Assembly: GCA_965662845.1 (NCBI GenBank)
Contig: CBFIJD010000017.1
Span: forward strand, 3,063-13,938
Length of the DNA stretch: 10,876 bases
Direction of reading: 5' to 3'
Source: an uncultured bacterium
GTDB lineage: Bacteria > SAR324 > NAC60-12
A model generated the notes under the pieces. That model was not told the origin of the DNA, searched no databases, and saw only the letters and a program-made list of their open reading frames with translations. The position numbers and the translations under genes were made by a program. Each line of letters starts with the position of its first letter. Position 1 is the first letter of the stretch. Shown here one piece after another: positions 1 to 5,864 of the stretch.

Positions 1-1
1 G

Positions 2-313
2 CAGACCAGCGAAAACAACGACATCGCCACGATACAGGTGCGCCTCCGCAGTCGCCCGACAGCCGAGGTGATCTTAGGCAACGTCAGCACCTCGAATAGC
101 GCAGAAGGCATTGTGGAAACGGGCAGCCTCCTCACGTTCACCACCACCAACTGGTCGCAGCCACAAACCGTCACGGTGCGGGGCCTGCCCGACAATCAGG
201 CTGACGGCAACGCTGCGTATCAGCTGATCTTTGACGCCGCCGAGAGCGATGACCCCAACTATCAGGGGCTGACGCCAGACGCCGTCAATCTCCTCAACTT
301 AGACGTGGACTAA
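2..313 (+). CDS. C-terminal end of a large extracellular/surface protein with a Calx-beta/Ig-like beta-sandwich repeat (5' truncated by the window)
   Basis: The frame is open from position 2 (QTSENNDIATIQVRLRSRPTAEV...), so the GTG at 38 is probably internal. It contains the repeat signature LTFTTTNWSQPQTVTVRGLPDNQADGN...SDDPNYQGL...NLDVD, typical of 'LTFTxxNWxxPQTVTVxGxDD' Calx-beta-like modules. Stop TAA at 311-313. Confidence 0.75.
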   Translation, partial: QTSENNDIATIQVRLRSRPTAEVILGNVSTSNSAEGIVETGSLLTFTTTNWSQPQTVTVRGLPDNQADGNAAYQLIFDAAESDDPNYQGLTPDAVNLLNLDVD

Positions 314-316
314 CCC

Positions 317-1099
317 GTGCCAGAACCGGTCGTCACACGCGAGCAGCAACAGGGCTTGGTTTGGTTACGTTTTGCGCGACCGGAGCGCTTCAACGCTTTC
401 ACGCGCGAGGTGGCGACCGAGCTGCTCGAGCACCTGCTCTTCCTCGCGAATGACGCTACCGCGCGCGTTGTGATCATCACAGGCGCAGGCGAGGTCTTTT
501 CCGCAGGAGGTGACATCAAATCTGCGGTGGAGCACCCTCAAGGCGCCGACGCGGCGTTCTACGAACTCGCCACCAAAGTGCACCTCTGCATCACAGAGAT
601 TCGGCGGTTCCCGAAACCGGTGATCGCGGCGATCAATGGGACGGCAGCAGGCGGAGGCTTCTCTTTGGCACTCGCCTGCGATTTCCGGGTGATCGCCGCA
701 ACCGCTCGCCTGAAACAAGCCTTCACCAGCAACGCGCTCTGTCTGGATGGCGGCGGGACCTGGTTGTTGCCGCGTCTGGTCGGATTGTCTCGTGCGATGG
801 AGATCGCCATGCTCGACGACTGGATCTCCGCCGAGCAGGCGCTGGCCTGGGGGCTCGTCCACCGCGTCGCGTCTGCTGAAGACTTCCCCGAGGCGGTGAC
901 CGCTCTCGCAGAACGCCTCGCAGAGCGCTCTCAACACACTTTTCAGGTCGTGAAAACCCTCCTCAACGACTCGTGGAACACGCCCCTCGAAACCCAGCTG
1001 GAGCGCGAACGTCAAGGTCTGGTCCAATGCGTGCGCCATCCCGACGGTATAGAAGGTCTCCAAGCGTTCCTTGAAAAACGCCCACCCCGCTTCCCCTAA
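317..1099 (+). CDS. Enoyl-CoA hydratase/isomerase (crotonase) family protein, PaaG-like isomerase subtype
   Basis: 260 aa with crotonase motifs RPERFNAF, FSAGGD (oxyanion hole 1), PKPVIAAINGTAAGGGFSLALACD, LLPRLVG, GLV and a C-terminal EGLQAFLEKRPPRF. The two hydratase glutamates are absent and an Asp (D144, LDGGGTW) sits at the PaaG-type catalytic position. GTG start 3 nt after the upstream stop. Confidence 0.9.
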   Translation: MPEPVVTREQQQGLVWLRFARPERFNAFTREVATELLEHLLFLANDATARVVIITGAGEVFSAGGDIKSAVEHPQGADAAFYELATKVHLCITEIRRFPKPVIAAINGTAAGGGFSLALACDFRVIAATARLKQAFTSNALCLDGGGTWLLPRLVGLSRAMEIAMLDDWISAEQALAWGLVHRVASAEDFPEAVTALAERLAERSQHTFQVVKTLLNDSWNTPLETQLERERQGLVQCVRHPDGIEGLQAFLEKRPPRFP

Positions 1100-1116
1100 C
1101 TCCCAACGTCTCTTGC

Positions 1117-2160
1117 ATGTCTTCGCGATCCTTCCACATCTCACCTCGCTCCACAGAGCAGCGCCTCGCGCTCCAACAAAAGATTGATCAAAAGACAAAA
1201 CCGCTGCGCGCGCTCGGCAAACTGGAGGGGTTGGCACAACAGCTCGGTGAGATTCAAAACACGCTGGAACCGGAGCTGTCGCGTCCAACGCTCCTGATTT
1301 GTGCTGGCGACCACGGCATCGCCCAAGCAGGTGTCAGCGCTTACCCCGCAGAGGTGACGTCACAGATGGTGCACAACTTCTTGGATGGGGGCGCCGCCGT
1401 GAATGTGTTTTGCCGGCAGTTGGGTTGGGACTACTTGGTGGTGGACGCAGGCGTGAATCATGAGTTTGCGCGCCATCACAAACTGATCAACGCCAAGCTC
1501 GGCGCTGGTACGCGCAACGCCCTCGAAGAACCAGCCATGAGCCGGACGCAGTGTGATTTCGCGATCGATCAAGGCGCGGCGTTGGTGCAATCTCTCCACG
1601 AAACCGGCTGCAACGTGCTCGGGCTCGGCGAGATGGGCATCGGCAACACCTCTGCGGCCTCTCTGCTGATGAGTCGGCTCTGTGATCTCCCCTTGGCAGA
1701 GTGTGTGGGACGCGGGACAGGGCTCGACGAAGCAGGCGTGCAGCGCAAAACTCAGATTCTTCAGCGAGCCTTAGACCAACACGCGGAGGTGGCTGAACCT
1801 CTGGACGTCCTCGCGACCTTTGGCGGCTTTGAGATGGCGACGCTCTGTGGCGCTTGTCTGGCCGCTGCGGCCTTGCAAATGACCATTGTTGTCGATGGTT
1901 TCATCGTGACGTCTGCCTTGCTTCCCGCGTTTCAGCTGTTTCCTCAAGCGCTGGAGTACTGCGTGTTTGCTCATCAGTCGCATGAGGCGGGGCATGCTCG
2001 CTTGCTCGCTCAACTCGGCGTCACGCCCCTGCTGCATTTGGATCTGGCGCTCGGCGAAGGCGCTGGTGCCGCGCTGGCGTTGCCGCTGCTCGAGGCGTCG
2101 GTTGCCTTTCTACGAGAGATGGCCTCTTTTGCATCTGCTGGCGTCAGCACAGCCTCGTGA
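1117..2160 (+). CDS. cobT: Nicotinate-nucleotide--dimethylbenzimidazole phosphoribosyltransferase
   Basis: 347 aa with TKPLRALGKLE, AGDHGI, GVSAYPAEVTSQMV, GGAAVN, GEMGIGNTSAAS, GRGTG, GGFE, VDGFI, AHQSHE and LGEGAGA (catalytic Glu314). It is adjacent to cobS. Confidence 0.95.
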   Translation: MSSRSFHISPRSTEQRLALQQKIDQKTKPLRALGKLEGLAQQLGEIQNTLEPELSRPTLLICAGDHGIAQAGVSAYPAEVTSQMVHNFLDGGAAVNVFCRQLGWDYLVVDAGVNHEFARHHKLINAKLGAGTRNALEEPAMSRTQCDFAIDQGAALVQSLHETGCNVLGLGEMGIGNTSAASLLMSRLCDLPLAECVGRGTGLDEAGVQRKTQILQRALDQHAEVAEPLDVLATFGGFEMATLCGACLAAAALQMTIVVDGFIVTSALLPAFQLFPQALEYCVFAHQSHEAGHARLLAQLGVTPLLHLDLALGEGAGAALALPLLEASVAFLREMASFASAGVSTAS

Positions 2161-2939
2161 ACGCCACAGCTCTCCTGCGCCGTGAATGGGACGCCTTCTG
2201 GCTCTCTGTGCAGTCGTTCACTCGTCTCCCCACTCCTGCCGTCCCCTATTCTCCCTCACAAATGCACCGAGCCGCGGCGTATCTGCCTTGGGTGGGGCTC
2301 CTCCTCGGTGGACTCTGCGCCTTGCTCTATCTACGCTTGTCCGCAAATGTTGGTCATGAGCTCGCGGTGTGGGGAACCCTCTCGCTCTCGCTTTGGATCA
2401 CAGGGGCCTATCACGAGGATGGTTTCGCCGACTTTTGCGACGGCATGGGGGGGGGCTGGGACCGAGAGCAGATTCTGCAGATCATGAAAGATTCTCGCTT
2501 GGGAACCTACGGCGTGCTGGGGCTGGTTGTGATGTTTCTCCTCAAGGGCACCGCGCTGTCTGAGCTGTCACCACGTTGGGTGCCGTGGGCGTTTCTGGTG
2601 ATGCACGTTCATGCGCGTTGGGTGACGCTGTTGCTGCAAAATGTGAGCACCTATGTGCCGCGAGAAGCGCAGAGTAAGGTGCAGGCACTGGCGCCGCCGC
2701 GTCACTCGTGGCCACGCGTCCTCGTGGCCGGAGCGCTGTCTCTTTTGTTGGCCGCGCTGGCGCTGCCGCTCTCTCCGCTCACGGTACTGCTGCTCGGCTC
2801 TGGGCTGCTGTTGTTCGTGATGCGCCAATACTTACAGCGCCGTTTAGGTGGCTATACCGGAGATTGTCTGGGCGCGCTTGAGCAGCTGCTCGAGCTCTGG
2901 ACCCTGCTCATCTTTGCGGCGGTGGCCCACGCTTCGTAA
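2157..2939 (+). CDS. cobS: Adenosylcobinamide-GDP ribazoletransferase (cobalamin synthase), integral membrane protein
   Basis: 260 aa hydrophobic protein with FTRLP, TGAYHEDGFADFCDG, IMKDSRLGTYG and GGYTGDCLGA motifs. Its GTG start overlaps the cobT stop (GTGA, 2157-2160), indicating translational coupling. Confidence 0.95.
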   Translation: MNATALLRREWDAFWLSVQSFTRLPTPAVPYSPSQMHRAAAYLPWVGLLLGGLCALLYLRLSANVGHELAVWGTLSLSLWITGAYHEDGFADFCDGMGGGWDREQILQIMKDSRLGTYGVLGLVVMFLLKGTALSELSPRWVPWAFLVMHVHARWVTLLLQNVSTYVPREAQSKVQALAPPRHSWPRVLVAGALSLLLAALALPLSPLTVLLLGSGLLLFVMRQYLQRRLGGYTGDCLGALEQLLELWTLLIFAAVAHAS

Positions 2940-3058
2940 TTCTTCAACTTCCGTGAAGAACTTGCTTCGGCGGCCACTTTGCCGCATGGTGATCGCGGTT
3001 GGCATGTGCCACAGATCATCGGACGTTTTCTGGGGGAGGAATGGTTCAACTTTTTTTG

Positions 3059-3064
3059 AAGAGG
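3059..3064 (+). promoter_or_regulatory. Shine-Dalgarno sequence of ppc
   Basis: AAGAGG ends 4 nt before the ATG at 3069. Confidence 0.6.
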
Positions 3065-3068
3065 CCTG

Positions 3069-5813
3069 ATGAAACAAGAAGAATTCGTCTTTCGGAAAAT
3101 CAATGAAGACTTCGCCTTTGTGATGGACTGCTTCAGCACCGTGTTAGAAGAGTCTGGCGAGAGCGACCTAGCGCAGCAGATGCGGGACTATCAGCTGCGT
3201 TTAGAGCCTCACCCCGACTTCCGCTCCGACCGCACCGCGCAAGCGTATTCCATTGCCTTTCAACTGCTCACTATGGTCGAAGAAAACGCGCAGGCTCAAT
3301 ACCGCCGCGCCGCCGAAACCAACGCGGACTATGAGCAAGAATCCGGCTTGTGGAAGTACATTTTGCTTCAATTGAAAGAGCAAGGGCTGGCGCCAGAGAA
3401 GATTGCGAGACGACTGCCCTTCATTTGGGTGGAGCCCGTTTTGACAGCGCACCCGACAGAAGCCAAGCGCCCCACCGTGCTGGAACACCACCGCGAGTTC
3501 TATTTGCAGCTCCTGCAACGTGAAAATCAGATGTGGACACCGCGCGAGCAGGAGCGCATCCGCCAAGAGGTCATCGCGCTGCTAGAGCGATTGTGGCGCA
3601 CCGGCGAGATTTATCTGGAGAAGCCCGGCGTCGAGCAAGAGCTTGACAACCTCGTGCACTACCTCCGCAACGTGTTTCCCAAAACGCTGCCCGATCTGGA
3701 TCAACGCTTGCGCGAAGCATGGGAAGACGTCGGTTTTGACCCCCAACTGTTAGAGCATCCCGACTCGTTTCCCCGCATCACTTTCGGCAACTGGGTGGGT
3801 GGCGATCGCGACGGACATCCACTCGTCACCGCTGAAATCACCGACTCCACCCTGCGGCGCTTGCGTTCCACGGCGTTGGAGCTGTTGCAGCAACATCTGG
3901 AGCGCTTGCGCAACACGCTGAGCCTCTCCGACTACCGCCAAGACATTCCTGCCCCGCTAACGGCGCGCCTCAACGCGCTGCAACAACAACTGGGACGACG
4001 CGGAGAGAAAGCCGTCCAGCGGTTCCCGCATGAGCCGTGGCGCCAGCTAGTGGAGCTCTTCCGCAAAGCCCTTCCCGATGACAACACGAACGCTTCTCGC
4101 CAGCAGAGCGCCTACCGCAGTCCGCGTGAGTTGATCGCCGACCTTGCGCTGTTGCGTGAGTCGTTGTTGGCGACCGGAGCAGGGCGCATGGCGCGTCAAG
4201 AAGTAGACCCAGTGATGCGCTTGGTGCAAACCATCGGGTTTCATTTGGCGGTCCTGGATGTGCGGCAAAACAGCAGCTTCCACGACAAAGCGATGGAGCA
4301 GTTTCTCCAAGCCGCCGGCTTTGAAGACTTCCACTTCTGCAGCTGGACCGAAGAGCAACGGCTGGAGTTCCTCAATCGCGAGCTGCGCACGCACCGTCCC
4401 TTCGCCCGCTCTTTGATGGAAGTGGGCCCTCACGCGACGGCTGTCCGCAGCTGCTATCACGTCCTCCGCGATTATGTACGGCAACACGGCGAACTGGGCA
4501 TTGGGCATTTGATTGTGAGCATGACGCGCAGCGTCTCGGACTTATTGACCGTCTATGTGCTGGCAAATGAGGCGGGGCTCACTCTCAAAACGAAGGAGGG
4601 GATGATCTGTCGGATTCCAGTGGTGCCTTTGTTTGAGACGATTGACGACTTGATCGCGAGCCCGAACATCATGCGTGGTTTTCTGCAGCATCCGCTCACA
4701 CAGCGGAGTTTGCGCTATCAGCAGCAGGTCACCGGCTGGGATCGCCCGACCCAGCAAATCATGATCGGCTACAGCGACAGCAACAAAGACGGTGGGATTT
4801 TGGCGAGCCAGTGGAGCTTGTTCCGCGCGCAAGAAAAATTGGTCGAGGTGGGCTTGGAATGCGGCGTGGCGCTACGGTTCTTTCATGGGCGCGGCGGCAC
4901 GATCAGTCGGGGCGCCGGGCCGACCCATCGCTTCATTCGAGCGCTGCCGCATGGTTCCGTCGGAGGCAATTTGCGCTTGACGGAGCAAGGCGAGACCATC
5001 GCGCAAAAATACGCCAATCTGGGAACCGCGCGCTATCAATTGGAATTGCTCATCGCCGGCACAGCTGGGGCGACGCTGCTGCAGGAGAATTACCCCCGCT
5101 TGCATCATCCCTTAGAAGGGGTGATGGACGACTTGCTAGAGTTTAGCCGAGAAGCCTATCGAGATTTGCTCGAAACCGACGGCTTTCTGGACTTCTTCCA
5201 AGAGGCGACTCCGATTGACGTGATCGAGTCGAGTCGCATCGGCTCGCGTCCCTCCCGACGCAGCGGGCGCCGCACCTTGTCTGATCTGCGGGCGATTCCG
5301 TGGGTGTTCTCTTGGAGTCAGTCGCGCTTCTTTTTATCCAGCTGGTATGGCGTCGGGAGCGCCTTCTCACGGCTGCGGGAGGAACACCCAGAGGTGTTTG
5401 ACGGCTTGTGCAAAGAAAACCTCAAATGGCACCCATTTCATTATCTGACCAGCAACGTCGCGACGAGTTTGGCGATGGTCGATGAAGAAGTGATGACCGC
5501 CTACGCCTATTTGGTGAAAAACGAAGCGGTGCGTGATCGCATGCTGCACAAAATCCGTGAGGAATACCGCCGCAGCCGAGACATGCTGGAGGCTCTTTAT
5601 GATGGGCCGCTAGAGGAGCGGCGTGCCAAAGTGCAACAGAGCGTCGAATTGCGACGCAATGGCCTGCGGACGCTACATCGCCAACAACTGGACTTGCTCC
5701 CAAAGTGGCGTGAACTCCAAGCAGCCGAACAACCCGAAGAAGCAGAAAAACTCTTGCTGCCGCTCTTGATCACCGTGAATGCGATCGCCAGTGGTCTGCG
5801 GACAACAGGGTGA
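3069..5813 (+). CDS. ppc: Phosphoenolpyruvate carboxylase (bacterial/plant type, variant subgroup)
   Basis: 914 aa with VLTAHPTE (catalytic His), WVGGDRDGHP, LDVRQNS, VVPLFET, IMIGYSDSNKDGG (catalytic Lys), FHGRGGTISRG, TEQGE, LRAIPWVFSWSQSR and a C-terminal GLRTTG. Confidence 0.97.
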   Translation: MKQEEFVFRKINEDFAFVMDCFSTVLEESGESDLAQQMRDYQLRLEPHPDFRSDRTAQAYSIAFQLLTMVEENAQAQYRRAAETNADYEQESGLWKYILLQLKEQGLAPEKIARRLPFIWVEPVLTAHPTEAKRPTVLEHHREFYLQLLQRENQMWTPREQERIRQEVIALLERLWRTGEIYLEKPGVEQELDNLVHYLRNVFPKTLPDLDQRLREAWEDVGFDPQLLEHPDSFPRITFGNWVGGDRDGHPLVTAEITDSTLRRLRSTALELLQQHLERLRNTLSLSDYRQDIPAPLTARLNALQQQLGRRGEKAVQRFPHEPWRQLVELFRKALPDDNTNASRQQSAYRSPRELIADLALLRESLLATGAGRMARQEVDPVMRLVQTIGFHLAVLDVRQNSSFHDKAMEQFLQAAGFEDFHFCSWTEEQRLEFLNRELRTHRPFARSLMEVGPHATAVRSCYHVLRDYVRQHGELGIGHLIVSMTRSVSDLLTVYVLANEAGLTLKTKEGMICRIPVVPLFETIDDLIASPNIMRGFLQHPLTQRSLRYQQQVTGWDRPTQQIMIGYSDSNKDGGILASQWSLFRAQEKLVEVGLECGVALRFFHGRGGTISRGAGPTHRFIRALPHGSVGGNLRLTEQGETIAQKYANLGTARYQLELLIAGTAGATLLQENYPRLHHPLEGVMDDLLEFSREAYRDLLETDGFLDFFQEATPIDVIESSRIGSRPSRRSGRRTLSDLRAIPWVFSWSQSRFFLSSWYGVGSAFSRLREEHPEVFDGLCKENLKWHPFHYLTSNVATSLAMVDEEVMTAYAYLVKNEAVRDRMLHKIREEYRRSRDMLEALYDGPLEERRAKVQQSVELRRNGLRTLHRQQLDLLPKWRELQAAEQPEEAEKLLLPLLITVNAIASGLRTTG

Positions 5814-5827
5814 GCCCCCGCGTGTGA

Positions 5828-5863
5828 CGGTGCCACGTGGAGCACCGCAGCCCGAGAGCGGGC
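5828..5863. terminator. Two tandem GC-rich hairpins between convergent ppc and the MMPL gene (possible bidirectional terminator or 3'-end protector)
   Basis: CGGTGC(5828-5833)/GCACCG(5842-5847) forms a 6-bp stem. GCCCG(5850-5854)-AGAG-CGGGC(5859-5863) forms a 5-bp stem. Neither strand has a poly-U tract. Confidence 0.4.
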
Positions 5864-5864
5864 G

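Noticed and set aside
365..1288. 307-aa minus-strand ORF
   Set aside because: It is an antisense shadow of the crotonase and cobT genes with no recognisable motifs, as expected in GC-rich DNA.
2995..3015. Sigma-54 promoter suggested by TGGCA on both strands
   Set aside because: Neither strand has GC at the required GG-N10-GC spacing.
3045..3060. Intrinsic terminator at the T7 run (3051-3057)
   Set aside because: No GC-rich stem lies immediately upstream, and the run sits just before the ppc ribosome-binding site.
2940..3068. Cobalamin riboswitch next to cobS
   Set aside because: Only loose fragments are present (GCCAC, GGGAGGAA). The conserved core and B12 box are missing, and the region is downstream of the cob genes.
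5823..5838. CRP site (TGTGA) near the cNMP-domain gene
   Set aside because: The second half-site at N6 is CACGT rather than TCACA, and the site lies between two gene 3' ends.
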